Assembly: GCA_964016885.1 (NCBI GenBank)
Contig: OZ024745.1
Coordinates: 125,364,001-125,428,000 of the forward strand
DNA length: 64,000 nt
Reading direction: 5' to 3'
Origin: Eledone cirrhosa
Lineage: Eukaryota
Position 1 is the first letter of the stretch; each line of letters opens with the position of its first letter. Both the position numbers and the translations under genes were made by a program. Below the pieces are notes generated by a model, which had not been told where the DNA came from, made no database searches, and was given only the letters and a program-made list of their open reading frames with translations. Below are positions 33,755-48,666 of the stretch, piece by piece.

Positions 33755-35235
33755 TTAAACCAACCACCCCATTTCTCTTCTCTCGGATCGGTTGTTTAAT
33801 AGTGGCCATAGGCGTTTGATCCAAAGTCGTTCCTTGATACGCAATGTGCCGACGTTTCTTTCTGTCGCTAGAATTGTGACAATGGGCCTTCCGTCTTTGT
33901 TTCCGCATTTGGCTATGTGTTTCCGGAAAGACGAGGCCCTGGTGTTACTGGGCTCCTTGATCCGGATGTGTAGCGGCCGGATTGTGGTACCTATATAGTA
34001 TTGGTTGCACTTGTTACATTCTATCTTATACACGACGTATGTGCGTAGGCAACAGTTCGCATGGCGCATTGGGCATTCTCTGAGGGAGCACGCCTCAGTT
34101 GATTTCCCAGGTTTCCTGGAGAGGCATCTTTGCAGGGAGGGGCCCGAGTGACCATGTGGATGTCGAAGCCCTCCCTCCGTATAGCCTTGCGGATAGCGTT
34201 GGTGGTATTCTCGCCCAGGTGTGGCATTTTAAGGAAGCACTTGCCTTGGGTGTCTCTCTGTCTCTTCTGTCTGGTGTCTCCTACTCTGCCTGTGAGCGAG
34301 GTAGGGTACCCGTTCGTCTCCAGCACCTCGAGGAATCGCTTGGTATGAGTGACACCACTCACGGGATCGCTGCATCTGCTTTTGATTCACGCGATCTCGT
34401 TCGTGATGTATCCTCTTTTGGCACTGTTAGGGAGCGCGGACTTGTAGTGGACGAACAGGTCCCTGCAGGCTGCCTTTCGGTAGAAGTTGCAGTGGATCCC
34501 TCCCTGTTCCGCGATGTTGATTCGCAAGTCGAGGAGGGCAAGTGACCCGTCGTCGTTGGGGTGTTCAACACTGAAGTCAATGTTCTCGTCCGTGTTGTTG
34601 AACGTCTCATAGATTCTGTTCGCCATGTCTTGGGAAGATGTGAGGATGAGGATATCGTCCACGTACCTTGAGAAAAAGGCGACGGCGTTGGGGTGGCAGG
34701 CGTTGAGTGTCTTGTGCTCGAGGCTGTACATGTAAGAGATCGCTAGCACACCCGACAGGCTTGAGCCCATAGGTAGTCCCGAGGTTTGCTGGTATGTTTG
34801 GTCAAGGAATCCGAAGTAGGTGTTGTCGATGACGATGGATAGGAGTTGGTGGATGTCAGTGGTGGTGAGCCCGAAGCAGTGTAGGTCGGTGGATTGGACG
34901 CGTTCCATCAGTATATTAACAGCCGGGAGTGCCGGGACCGAGGTGTAGAGAATGTCTACCTCAAGGCTGAAGGCATATCTGTTATCCTTTCTGGTGTCGG
35001 GATCCGTTTGATGCAGGCGCTTCAACACCTCCTCGGAGCTGTTAACGTGTGCCGGCAAGGTGTCTAAGATGGGTTTGAGTAGTCTGGCTAGGAGCCATGA
35101 AATTTTGTAGAGCAGTCCTTCCACGCTCGATACAATGGGTCGGGTCTCTGTTTGTGTTTTCACGAGGTGGTAGAAGGCGGGTATTCTGCTGTTCCTCGTG
35201 AGGAGGTTGTATCTCAGCTTCTTCGAGAGCTCCCG
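33755..35235 (-). mobile_element. Penelope-like element: RT + GIY-YIG endonuclease, 5'-truncated and frameshifted
   Basis: ORF 34387-35163 has RPIVS, DILYTSVP, YQQTSGLPMGSSLS, RYVDDIL, LALLDL, YRK. ORF 33755-34069 has VVYKIECNKCNQYYIGTTIRPLHIRIKE...LRIKE...P.LN. GC-rich relative to the flanks. Confidence 0.93.
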
Positions 35236-35334
35236 CTTATGCCCCTCTCATATTTTCTATATTGCTAAGTTATATATCAGTGATATTCCGGCTTTCACTT
35301 ACTTACAAAAACTGTCATTGCACTTTTATAATCG

Positions 35335-35545
35335 TCTTCTTCTTTCCTTCACCGACTTATTCCTGAGAAGGCAATGGGGGCAGAGTTCTCAAACACTTCC
35401 TCCAGCGGGTCCTGTCAGAAGCAACCGTCTCCAACTGATCCAGCTGGATCCCCAAGTGTGACCAGCCAAGCTCCTGTATGTTATCCAACCATCCTGCTCA
35501 GAGTCTACTCCTGGGTCTCCTGCCTGTTGGTTTCCCCCGTAAAAA
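35335..35545 (-). pseudogene. RTE-clade LINE 3' end
   Basis: The minus strand reads KPTGRRPRSRL.AGWLDNIQELGWSHLGIQLDQLETVASDRTRWRKCLRTLPP. Confidence 0.7.
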
Positions 35546-37209
35546 CTGAGCCATTCTAACCACATGCGACTTTTATAATGTAAATCAATATTTTGTTTAC
35601 CCTGGTAAACATTAGAATATACTCACTGAATGTCGAAACCCCAATGTAGTTTTAATTCACAGCCAGATCCATAGCTTAATAATATGCCACTAAAACTCTT
35701 GCAAAGACACCAACATCATGCTTTTCTTCTTTCCATTAAAATATAAGATGTTATGCCCAGTTAAAGAAAGAATCTCAGTTTACTTTGCTGTTGTTCTTGC
35801 TCGTCTTGTCGGTGGTGATGGTGTGGTAGTTTGGTGGCTAGCCCCAAGTCAGTATTGTTGTACATAAAAGAAATTCTAGTCGTCGCTAGTAATCGCCCTT
35901 TTATACAATATGTATTTTTAAGATGGTAAGTTTCAATTTAGGAAGATCTTGGTACTATTTCTAGCATGTCTATCAACCACATAAGCACCCCATCATTTGT
36001 TGGCTCACCTATTTATAGTATTTGCCGTTATTGAGAACCACCTGTCTTCAATGGCATTCCAGACGTGACCATTACCGTTTATACATTCAGGGCAACATGT
36101 TCATCTAATATGCCTTTTGTTTCTAGGAAAATTTAGCTGCTATTTCTAGCATGTTCAATGACCACACAGAGAGGCCATTGTAACTCGTAATTTTATCGTA
36201 TGTTATTTATCTATAGTGAGAACTGTTAAGCAAAGGAAACGCTCCCAGCAAATAACTGACTTAAATATTGATTTCAGAATAGGAAAATGGAAGATGAAGA
36301 TGTAACAGCTTTTGCCAGTGTTGTTAATCGATGCAGGTGAAACTAACTAAATAGCTACAGTATAGGAAATCGAAATCTGTTCGCTGGGGTTTACTTTATG
36401 TCATTCATCACCTTCTTTATTCTACGGACATTTATGCGGTAGGAATGATAGGATTTTGTGAACATCTTGCAATGTAAATCAAGGTAGGATAACAAGCAAC
36501 GTGGAATATTTTACATAATTGTTTATATGGTTGATTTTTTGTTATATCTCAAGATTATGGTAAATTCTGAACGAAGAAATTTATGATGGGTGATGTTTCA
36601 GACATGGATATCTTGCTATTTTAGATGTATGGATTTTAGAACCGCATTTTGTTTTACTTGAGATCCCTGGAGTTAGAGGCGGTACCCATGGCCTTCACAT
36701 GTACACCCTGATCGGAAAGACAGATGTTGATATTCTCTTTTGAGAAACACAAGAGCACGAAAGGAGATCTTGGTAAGGAAGTACTAGGCATAATCTTTAG
36801 TGCGGGGTTTAAGTGGTTCAACTCAATATCGGTGGTGAAGGGGGGGGGGGGGGGGTGATTGGGAGCTTCATTTCAGGTTGCACGATTTGGGGAATTCCCA
36901 ATGAGAGGAGACCATTGTTGTAACGATAGAAAAGGCAGAGGAAGGAGAGAGTATATTTGTGTAAGACATCTATATATGATTTGAGGAGGATTTAGCCATT
37001 ATTTCTAGAAGTTCGAGTGACTATATAGAAACCTCCATCTTAGAAGTTTGATCTGCTCTAAGTAGCAACCAAATCTTTTTTTTTTTTAATGACACCTTAC
37101 CGACGTAAAAAATCGACACATTGGCTAGCATTGATGTAGAACGTTGACTATGCCCCCAACAAGTAGGGAAGATCAAGGCTGGATTGCCGTCGAGATGGGA
37201 GAGGTGGTA

Positions 37210-37432
37210 AATATTGGTTTCTGATTTAAGCCCAAGGCGAACAATTTGGGGGAGATGGAAACTCGATTAAATTGACCCCAGTTCGTTACTGATACTTTAT
37301 TTTATCGAAAGCGTAATGATAAAAGACAGAGTTAACTCCGGTGAGACTTGAACTCAGAACGTAAAGAGCCGTAACTATATGCCACAAAGTATGTTGTCTG
37401 ATGTTCTACTAATATTGCCAATCCAGCGCCCC
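37210..37432 (-). mobile_element. Older family-A-related SINE
   Basis: Reverse complement of the head, B-box and core with the longer ttaaattgacccc tail. The flanks gaggtggtaa and gagggtggtaa are TSD-like. Confidence 0.75.
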
Positions 37433-39813
37433 TTGAGGGTGGTAATTACTAACAAGAATGACTAACAAACGAAATGAAATCGGTTTGGTTCGCATGACAT
37501 TTACCTGTTGCTCTACATCGCTCCAAAGAGCATTTCACTTTCATTAAGCAAACAACAATATAAAAAAATATCTTACAAAAGTGTGTACTTGTGATATATG
37601 GCTGGCGAGAATACACATTGATTGGTAACAAAGACACCTATACTTATTTTCACTAAAATTATCAGTTTTGATACAAAGAAATACCAATCGGTCCTGCTTA
37701 ATGATTAAATTATTCACTAGTATTTACTGAAGTTTACAAATCTCTACAGTCACAATATTCATTATGTTGATGGTGTTCATTATATACGGCGTATAGCATT
37801 TAATTGGCTGGGAGAGACGAAATGTTAATGGAGTCATTTTTATTTCCATGCCTTCTAGCACGGCGTGTCTTTTGTTCTGGAGAGTTCTCTAAAATTATTG
37901 TAAACATAGTATTTTGATTGCAACTTCAGATTGAAATAAATAAATATACATACACATTTATGTATAAGAGTGTCATATATATTCGTGTATATGGAGAACA
38001 GACTTTCTTTTAGATATATATTGCTTTACTATCTGTTTCATACATATTTTCATTCAAATCTTCCGTCGATAAAAATACTTGTTATTTACGGTAAAACTTT
38101 AGTTAAATGGAAAAGAAGAATCAAGTTCTGAGAAAGGTATTTATAACGTTTATGCTTTCCTATCTTCATATTAACCCTGTATTTTATTTATGTAGTTTCC
38201 TGCAATGTATTGTTAGGATTTATTTCATCTAAATTTTTTTAACATTTAAAAATAATTTAGTTTGTGAAATATATTTGGATATATTTTTTTACCGAGATTT
38301 TTAGCTCACAGTTTTAAAATGCAATACATTGTGACATTGATGTCATACCTGGTGACATTGATGTCAGACCCAGGCTTCGATGCCCAACAGAATGATGATT
38401 TCAAGTACCGGATGTTGATAATTCTAGATTTTTTTGTGGAGCACAACGGTGGAAACATCAGGCATGCTAAGCCCCGAACCGCCTCCCTGCTTATTTCGAT
38501 GAGGATGTTGATTACTAACCGCAAGAACGGAGCCCGTGAGATAGATTGACTCTTTCAGTGTAACTACCTTACCATTTTCTGTTGTAGTTCATTCGCAATT
38601 CTGTCGGCTGGAATCATGACGCATTAATACGACGCACTGTGATTTCGATCAAAAAAATATAATTTCACATTCTCTCCGATATAGTTCCCTTACAGGGAAT
38701 AAGATATTGTAATATTCATGCCTTTCACAAGGATATTAGCAATGTAAAGGAAATACAATAGTTTCAACTAGCAATGGGGGACACAATGTGGACGTGGAAA
38801 CCTATAGCTAATTTCTTATCCTGTAATGTTTACGTGATGGGGTGATTCACGCACTCAAATTATTCTAAAAGCAACTATTAGAACAGCTTTAATTCATTTT
38901 GTTGGTTCTATAATATGAATTAACAGCCATTGTTCATATATTAGAATCTTCACATGGGAAAGGAAAATTAATTTTCACGCATCTAGGAACATTCCAGAAA
39001 CAGTATTCCTACTGTGATGGCGTCAGGAACACCTGATTATATTTCCTGTAAAATGTCCATTAATATATTCTTACGTTATTTACCTTCTAGCATTATTTTG
39101 AAGTCTAAATAATGTAATAAAATATTTCATAGAAACGACAGAGTATTATTCTCTTAATGAACCTCTTTATTGTTATGATTTATTTTCCTCATTTATATAA
39201 CTTTCACTATAATAACATGTGACAGATGGTGGGGTGATACTTAAAAATTAGTGATAAATGTATCATATGGCTCTAATTGGAAATAATATCTGTACATAGA
39301 ATGTTGTATTCATTAAAATAGTAGGGATAACAGCGTGTAAGCTCCCCTTCCCAGTTACCTCTAATTTACAGCCCCTTCTTCACACCCAAGTCTAGTGAGA
39401 TTCAAGATGTTGATGATCAGTTATTATACATCTCCAGGACTATACTATGAGAAAACTTATAGACAAGGAAGCAGTTCCAAAGTAGCAATAATTCTGTAGA
39501 TTAGTCACAATGAGAATTTAATTTAAGAAGACAAACAATAGAAACAGCTAGGATTGGTTCATTGAAGAAGGAGCCATACAGGAGTATAGAGACGAAACAA
39601 TTCCTGTGGGAATCGATAATTGTAGCATGAAATTTTGACAATAAACCAGGCAAACATCTTTTAAAATGTTTTCGAGGAATTCATGTGAAGCTTTAGTACA
39701 CACTGAAATATTCAAGTGCTACACCGATGTGTATTACACTTTAGCTTTGTTGAGTGTCAACTACTGATCAGAGCTGCTGAAGTATTTTATAGCGTTTGTG
39801 ATGCCCATTTGTT

Positions 39814-39992
39814 ATTGGCAGTATCGGTAGAGAGTCGGACACCATGCTTTGAAGCATAGAGTTACGTCCCTTTATGATCTGAGATCAAATCCCACCGAGG
39901 TCAACTTTGCCTTTCATCCTTACGGGGTCGATAAAATAAAGTACCAGTAATACACTGGATAATTGCTAGTTTTGTGCCAAAAGTAGAAACAG
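39814..39992 (+). mobile_element. Family-A SINE
   Basis: Full copy. Confidence 0.87.
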
Positions 39993-40024
<32 letters not shown>

Positions 40025-40026
<2 letters not shown>

Positions 40027-40179
40027 CGAAGGAAATGTGGTAAGGAACCAGGTGGACCATAACGCACCAAAGTACTCAATACTTAGGGTAGTAGAGTGGG
40101 TAATAAGAACCAGTAAGACCCCGACGGCTGAATTAGCCGTCGAAACGGCTTGAGCTCAGCCGTCGGGGTCTTACTGGTT

Positions 40180-40184
<5 letters not shown>
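40025..40184. mobile_element. Short TA-embedded element with a Y-shaped terminal hairpin, copy 1
   Basis: An ~80-bp unique arm shared with 42581-42660, then a perfect outer stem ataagaaccagtaagacccc / ggggtcttactggttcttat enclosing two small hairpins. Confidence 0.85.
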
Positions 40185-40249
<65 letters not shown>

Positions 40250-40457
40250 GTAATAATAATAAATTAGAAAATCCCGTTAAGGGTGAAAGCAGCGATTCTT
40301 TGCTTAAAATTTAATCTGTTATTTTAATATATATATATATATATGATGGCTGCCCCCTCGTAATCGAGTATGGCCATTGCACAATATACCATTATTAATA
40401 ATTAATAATTAAGTCTATCGTTCAATGCCTGTGCGTGGAGATATTTTTTAAAGTGAC

Positions 40458-40625
40458 GAAAGACTGTGCACTGAGCCAATCCCACTCTCTGAGCGACAGT
40501 AACTATAACTCGAAAAGAAGAAAAGATCAACATCATCGGTAACTATTAAGCCGCAGGTTTTATATCGGAGTTATCCCAGTTTCCTGGGTTCCCTTCTCCT
40601 AGAAGAATGCCGTGACAAAGGCTAT
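40458..40625. repeat. Dispersed repeat, unclassified (second copy ~53773-53934)
   Basis: aagactgtgcactgagccaatcccactctctgagcgacag...ttctcctagaagaatgccgtgacaaag is shared between the two loci. Confidence 0.75.
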
Positions 40626-40631
40626 AATATA

Positions 40632-40715
<84 letters not shown>

Positions 40716-40836
40716 GGAGGTGAGTTTTATTGTAGCACCATAAAGCAATGCAAATATCGGATAAGTAGCACACTACAGTTTGTAGGAGTGGAGTATAAAT
40801 AATATAATATCAAAAGATGGTTAAAAGAGTTCCAAG

Positions 40837-40907
40837 TATTTTATTATGCGCATTTCAAAAACAAATATCATCATGGGGTGATATCAACGTTTTCATCAGA
40901 TAAAATA
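40837..40907 (-). ncRNA. Minimal type-I hammerhead ribozyme in a probable PLE pLTR remnant
   Basis: Minus strand: uauuuuau CUGAUGA aaac...uuu GAAA ugcgca UA auaaaaua. Stem I is 8 bp and stem III is palindromic (UGCGCA). Confidence 0.85.
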
Positions 40908-41445
40908 GGGATACATGATATGAAGCTTAAAAAACACTTGTGAATAGTGAAGTTTTAAATCAACATATGAAAAATAATTTAAGATTGATGTATAAGATTG
41001 GGAACCATCTATCTTGTTTGTAATTGATCTTTCGGGTGCTTTAACTTTCATGGACAACAGTATTCAAGGTGGAGTCAGGCAAAAGTGGAGAAGAGAAGGA
41101 TAACAGTGTGGATATCTCTCGACTGGAAGGTTATGAGAATCCAGGAAAACATTATGCGGGCCATGTTAATTTTGCTGTTTATATGAGTGGCCCATATATA
41201 TACATATATATATATCTATATGTATATATGTATATGTGTGTATATATATATATGTTTTTCTACTTCCCGTGTCTCGGGTTATTTATTCCGTTAAAGAGGG
41301 TGCCGGATAATCGTTTCCTTCCAACAACCTGTGGAACTGGTTGGTGTGAGTAACACCACTCATTGGATCGTTGCATTTATCTCTTATCCGCTTAATCTCG
41401 TTTGAGATATATCCTCTCTTATCTCAGTTAGGAAGGACAAACTAT

Positions 41446-41573
<128 letters not shown>

Positions 41574-41654
41574 GATCGATCGAATTTCGTCAAATCGGAC
41601 CGAGGAAACAATGTTTCCGTTGGTCTTTCTAGTTGCTATTACTATCTATCGGTC

Positions 41655-41782
41655 GCAACTCCAGGTAGAAGGAGCAACGTGAAATAAAGCGTCTGGCTCA
41701 AGGACATAACGCATCGCCCAGTCCAGGAATCGAACTCACAACCTCAAGACTGTGAATCCAATTCTCTAACCACTCAGCCACA
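41655..41782 (-). mobile_element. Family-B CORE-type SINE head
   Basis: Reverse complement of tggctgagtggttagag...gagttcgattcc...ccttgagccagacgctttatttcacgttgctcc. Confidence 0.75.
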
Positions 41783-41837
41783 CACACACACATATATATA
41801 TATACACACGCACACATACACACACACACACTTTTAT

Positions 41838-42277
41838 GTATTTGTTCTGCAAGTTTCTTTATGTAACATCGTGTGTTGAAACTGATATTGTTATATGTTG
41901 CTCTGATTGCTGGAATTAGCTATTTGCTGGATGTTCGCCCTGGTGTTAGCTTCTAGGTTCATGAATAGTCAATCTCCGGGTAGGTTTCACCACTATATTG
42001 ATATCAACATAGCGAGAGTACATGGCTATGGCTATAGAGGTCTCAGCTAAGTGTTATTTGAGTCTCTTGTTCCACCACACTATGAAGAGATTGGCCACAT
42101 CGCCAGTCATTTTGACGCTGATAGCCGCTCCATCTTCTTGGATGTATGTTGTATTATTGAACTCAAACACATGACCCTTTAGGGTAGTTTAAATACCGCA
42201 TGTGCCATCATTTTTATCACTTGGTTGTGATTTCCGTGGGTCCGTATGGCTCTAGTCCACCGTCTTCATCTTTCCAA
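41838..42277 (-). pseudogene. PLE RT core fragment joined to the family terminus
   Basis: The minus strand reads HVFEFNNTTYIQEDGAAISVKMTGDVANLFIVWWNKRLK*...MYSRYVD-INIVV (the motifs before and at YxDD). 41838-41895 is the reverse complement of the terminus at 59535-59595. Confidence 0.75.
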
Positions 42278-42296
42278 ATATATATATATATATATA

Positions 42297-42484
42297 ACTG
42301 TTTCTACTTTTGGCACAAGGCCAGCAATTACCCCAGTGTATTACTGGTACTTTATTTTATCGACCCCGTAAGGATGAAAGGCAAAGTTAACCTCGGCGGG
42401 ATTTGAACTCAGACCATGAAGGGCCGTAACTCTTTACTGCAAAGCATGGCGCCCGACCCTCTACCGATACTGCCAATCCACGGC

Positions 42485-42487
<3 letters not shown>
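42297..42487 (-). mobile_element. Family-A SINE
   Basis: Full reverse-complement copy. Confidence 0.88.
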
Positions 42488-42580
<93 letters not shown>

Positions 42581-42582
<2 letters not shown>

Positions 42583-42753
42583 CGAAGGAAATGTGGTAAG
42601 GAAGCAAGTGGACCATAACGCACCAAAGTACTCAATACTTAGGGTAGTAGAGTGGGTAATAGGAACGAATAGGACCCCGACGGCTGAGCTCAAGCCGTTT
42701 CGACGGCTAATTCTGAGTCCAGAATTAGCCGTCGGGGTCCTACTCGTTCCTAT
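42581..42753. mobile_element. Short TA-embedded element with a Y-shaped terminal hairpin, copy 2
   Basis: Same unique arm as copy 1. Outer stem ataggaacgaataggacccc / ggggtcctactcgttcctat. The interior is inverted relative to copy 1. Confidence 0.85.
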
Positions 42754-42769
42754 ATATATATATATATAT

Positions 42770-43600
42770 CAGTGCCGGCGACCATGCCTTGCAAGTGGTG
42801 AATGAGTTCACTTACCTGGGATCGACAGTCTCAAACAACCTGTCTCACGACACGGAGCTGAACAGACGGATCGGGAAAGCTGCTGCTGCCATGGCTAAGC
42901 TCTCCAGGAGAGTGTGGGAAAACAACATGCTCACCATAACCACCAAGATCGCAGTGTACCGAGCCTGCATACTGAGCACCCTACTCTACGGCAGCGAGAG
43001 CTGGACATCATACGTCCGACAAGAACGCCGCCTCAACAGCTTCAACATGCGGTGTCTTCGACGGATCCTTGGCATCTCCTGGAAGGACCGTGTACAAAAC
43101 AGAGACATCTTAAACCAAACAAATATGCCAAGCATTTACGCCCTCCTCATGCAGAGGCGGCTGCGCTGGCTCGGGCACGTCCGCCGCATGCAAGACTGTC
43201 GCATTCCTAAAGACATCTTGTACGGTGAGCTCACCACAGGTTCCCGATCCATAGGACGTCCACAGCTGCGATACAGGGATGTGTGCAAACGCGACCTGAG
43301 GACTACGGACATCGGTGTGGACACCTGGGAGGTGACAGCTGCTGACCGCTCTGCCTGGCGTCGGACAGTGAGGAAATGCGTTTCCACGGCTGAGGAAATG
43401 AGGACGCGGCTGTGGTCAGACAGGCGAGACGAGAGGAAGACCACTGCAGCAACAACCCAGCCCTTCCCGTGCAGCAACTGTGCCAAAGACTGCCACTCCA
43501 GAATTGGGCTGGTCAGTCACAGCAGACGCTGCTTATCATCAAACTAGCCCGCCCCCCTTGGCGCAATCCATTATCTATCGATACAGAAGGGAGCCATCAT
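42770..43600 (+). mobile_element. 5'-truncated RTE (BovB-like) LINE with an uninterrupted 252-codon C-terminal ORF (42789-43547)
   Basis: VVNEFTYLGS, RRIGKAAAAM, LLYGSESW, RRLRWLGHVRRM..RIPKDILYGEL, GRP.LRY.D, and a C-terminal C2HC finger CSNCAKDCHSRIGLVSHSRRC. GC-rich and inserted in (TA)n. Confidence 0.93.
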
Positions 43601-43616
43601 ATATATATATAATTAG

Positions 43617-44110
43617 AAAGTGTTGAATATGTAAAAATGTCCAGTTTGTTTAAAATAAGAGAGAGTGTTCGTGGTTAAAATAAGAGAGGGTGTTCAAAAT
43701 AAAAGTAAAGGAAATGAAGAAATGAAAAAAATAGGTGTAATATAAAATAAGGGCGTAATATAAGATAAGTGTTGAAAGTGTGATAAAGGTCCAGGGTGTT
43801 TAAAGTAAGAGAGAGTTCAAGGTGGATAAGTGTCCAAAATGGTATTTTGATGCCGAGAAAGGAGAGTTCTTATATGTGGGCAAATTTTCAAAATTTCAAA
43901 ATTAGCGTTAAGACAGATGAATTCAACACTTATTTTATTTTATTTTATTTTATTTTATTTTATTTTACTCCCTTATTTTATTTTACACCTATATTATTTA
44001 CTTATTGACTTCTTAATTTCCTGAACATTCTCTCTTATTTTAACCACCCTGGACCTTTACCACATACTTTCAACACTTATTTTATACCACACCTATATTT
44101 TTATTTTTCT
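43617..44110. mobile_element. Foldback/MITE-like element with modular imperfect inverted arms
   Basis: aagtgttgaaagtgtgataaaggtccagggtgtttaaagtaagagagagttca on the left matches the reverse complement of 44021-44079. The subunit is repeated within each arm. Confidence 0.55.
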
Positions 44111-44334
44111 CTCATTTATTGAGTCCTCTTAATCCTCAACCCACCTTTATATGTATTTTTTTGTAGGTCACTCTGTGTATGTACGCATACAATTGTATGT
44201 CCGTAAGTACGCTCATACGTATGTATGTATTTGTATGTAGGTGTGTATGTATGTATATGCATGTTTATGTAAGTGTGTATAAGTATGTTATATGTATTAT
44301 ATGTATGTGTGCCTTTGTATATGTATTTAATTTA

Positions 44335-45333
<999 letters not shown>

Positions 45334-45496
45334 TAGCAGTACATTTTTTAGAAATAAATACGTGGAAATGGGCGTAAATTAAGACAAAACAACAGTTTAC
45401 ACTTTTTACTGATATTTCACGGTTATAACCCACGTTTCAAAAGAAAAAGCAAGATGGATTGCGACAGTGGTGAGCACCCTAGTAATAGTCGTAGCC

Positions 45497-45497
<1 letters not shown>

Positions 45498-45550
<53 letters not shown>

Positions 45551-45578
45551 TTGGTGGTACTAGTAGTAGTAGTAGTAG
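45498..45578. repeat. (TAG)n microsatellite
   Basis: Directly visible. Confidence 0.95.
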
Positions 45579-48404
45579 ATTGAGAATATCCAGGGTCGAG
45601 ATGAGCACAGATAAAACACAAATGATCTCCGATTTTCTACTGTTTACAATATTAACTAAACTAACAGCATTGATAGCTTTGTTCATCCCCAAATCATTCG
45701 TTGTATATTGCTTACAACAGTCACTGATTAATTTGATTGTAACTGGGTTTGTAAATATTAGTATTGAATTATCTATACCTTATAATCATTACTAGATTTC
45801 AACTACATATTCAAAGCAAATTCAATGAAAATTTACATTGGATACGGTAAAAGGAATGTGTTAGTTGATAGCTACTCCGTCACGTAAAACTAGCTGATCC
45901 GTCCATTAGACAATGGATTCATTAAGTTCATAAATAAAAATAAAAATGTTTTCTTGTTAAGGTAAATCGTCGAATATCGATTAAAACGTAGGCGTTGATA
46001 TGCATTTGTCTAACAAAATGACGCAAATGCTGCTTCTCAAAGTTTTCTCTATGAACAAGTTTCATATATGTTAGGAAGCTAAGCTATTATTAATAATATA
46101 TTTCTAAATGAATTGGTTATATATGATGACGGAATATAACGTTGAATTAAAACTAAAGACAAGGAATTATTTCATGTTTATAAAATTTATAAAGAAAGTT
46201 AAAAAATAACAACATACTGATATGTAAAATATATCATGCATAAATCCATTTAGCATATTTTAATTGAAGTTACGCCAGGTATTAAGTTAGATAGGTCAAA
46301 CACACGTTTCTGATGGGAGTGTACTGACAAAACCTCTTCAGAAGCTCGCCACAGTGGTCAAACAGTATACAGTTCGTAGTATGTACAATATGTAGATGAA
46401 GCCGGTAAATTATAAGAATAAAGAAACATTTATTAAATCTCAAACATTTTACCTTTTGCATATCTGTATATAAAGAAGCATAAATATTTACATTACACAA
46501 TAACTTAAAATCCATGTGTGGAGTGTAATAAAATCAAAGCAAAAATAAAAGTTCTTTGAAAAGCTAAAAATATTATCCCGATCAGAATATTCACATATTA
46601 AATAGTATAGCCAGTACTGAATTAGACATTTAATTATACAAATCGAAGTGCTTAATCCAAGTATTCAGCTATTGTGGCCAGCAGTCATGTATGTTCTAGC
46701 GGGACTTCACTCACAAAGCAAAATTTGCTTCCGTCTTCATCAATGCCTAACTAAATATAATATTGACTAACAGTAATAGAAACCAGTACAGAAATAATTA
46801 AAAGGTGCTCTGTCAATTACACGATTAAATAGTTATTGAATGTTTGTTTGTATATTCACACGACCTTACTGCAGCATGCAGTTAAGGTCAGTAATCTGCT
46901 CTGTTGTTTCACATAGTTATTCTTCGTGATATGATCGAATTAGACACTCTCCTACAAGCATGGTACATATTCACAAGGTAGCTGTATATGAACAATGTCA
47001 AAATGTTGGATTGTTGCATTGTCAAAACAGAGAGTGAATATTACTGTATTTCTTGGTATGGTTATAAATCTGAGTCAAATTTGAAATCATCAGTGAGCCC
47101 AGGATATAGTTATACTTGAGCGCTATTAATTGAAAGTAAACGTTTCATTCTTCCTCCAAAATTGTTCTTTAGACAATGTTTTTTAAATTGGGTTTGTCAA
47201 GTAGAATGACAAACTGTGAACAATATTAAGCGAGGCGATACTTTGCACTTGTCAGACCTATCAAATCTCCCCCTCTGACGGGGAGATTTGCAATAGCCTT
47301 TGGGGTGGTTAAGAGAAGTCTTATGAAATAGCTTTCATTATGCAATTATAGCTTTCATTATGCAAAATTTTTATTATGCAAATATTTTTATGGTACTCAC
47401 TGTTTGGGTTTCTAGAGGTTGGCAGGTTTGACTTGTGATTCTCTGTGTTCTATTATGAGCAATGTTGCCAATCGAAATTTTCTCACTGAAACTTGTGTCA
47501 AGCGCTAAAGATAATATAATGTATTTTTGTTTTAATGAATGTTACTTATTGCACGTTGTATTTATTCATATTTGTCTTTATTTTATTGTTATTTCCAAAA
47601 GTAGAATAAAAACCTAAACCTCATTTTGTGCGCGTGTATCGGGGGGGGGGGCGTGTATGTGTGTGTGTGTGTGTGTTTAGCGTACTATACTTGAAGATAA
47701 GATTTTCGTAGACAAGAAAATTGGCTACAAAAGTATTGCTTACATAGTAACTACAACTAATATTATCATACTAAACAGACTTTAAACTTACCGAACATTC
47801 TTCGGTACTCGTCTTAACTATAAACATTTTAACTTCAATTTTACACTCTAACTGGAGTTAATTACAGAATTATTATATCATTTGAACCACTTTTCCTTCC
47901 ATTCATTTTAACAGCATTTTACTTGTGTTTGACTTTCGACGAATTCATATCATGCGTATTAGTATCAGAAAACACGAAACCATGTAGTAGATATATTTGT
48001 TTCTTTTCTCTTGCTGAAGCCTCTTAACTGTCTTGTATTAGATTAGCTGGCTTATAAAATAAAGTTATGTTAAAGTTTACGAGCTACTTTTTCAGAAATT
48101 TAATTACTTTTTTTATCAATTTATTATTTTCAGCTTATATTTATTATGCTGAAATTAGAAGCTGGAGTATATTTTCATTGGATACAAACATTCATATTAG
48201 AAAACAAAATGTGTCTTTCAAAGCTCGGTCTCGTATTTCTATAATAGATACTCAATAATGATATATGTAAAAATCAAAGACACAGTTACACATTTAGTGT
48301 ACTGGTGAATCAATCTATCATAGAACTTCTACCCTCAGAATTCTGCATCATTTTTGTTTTAATGAATGTTACTTATTACACAGCATTTTCTCATATATGC
48401 CTTT

Positions 48405-48590
48405 TTGGCAGTATCAGTAGAGAGTCAGACTCTATGCTTTCCAGCACAGTTACATCCCTTTACAGTCTGAGTTCAAATCCCGCCGAGGTTAACTTTGCTT
48501 TTCATCCTTACGGGCTCGATAAAATAAAATACCAGTAATGCACTGGGATAATTTCTGGCCTTGTGCCAAAAATAGAAAGAATTATATTAT
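48405..48590 (+). mobile_element. Family-A SINE
   Basis: Full copy. Confidence 0.85.
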
Positions 48591-48625
48591 TTCCAGAAGT
48601 GGAATAAACCTAAATCTCTTGTTTT

Positions 48626-48666
<41 letters not shown>

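Noticed and set aside
38306-38549. Short ORFs on both strands in a moderately GC-rich patch
   Set aside because: No recognisable motif or splice structure; they cannot be supported as coding.
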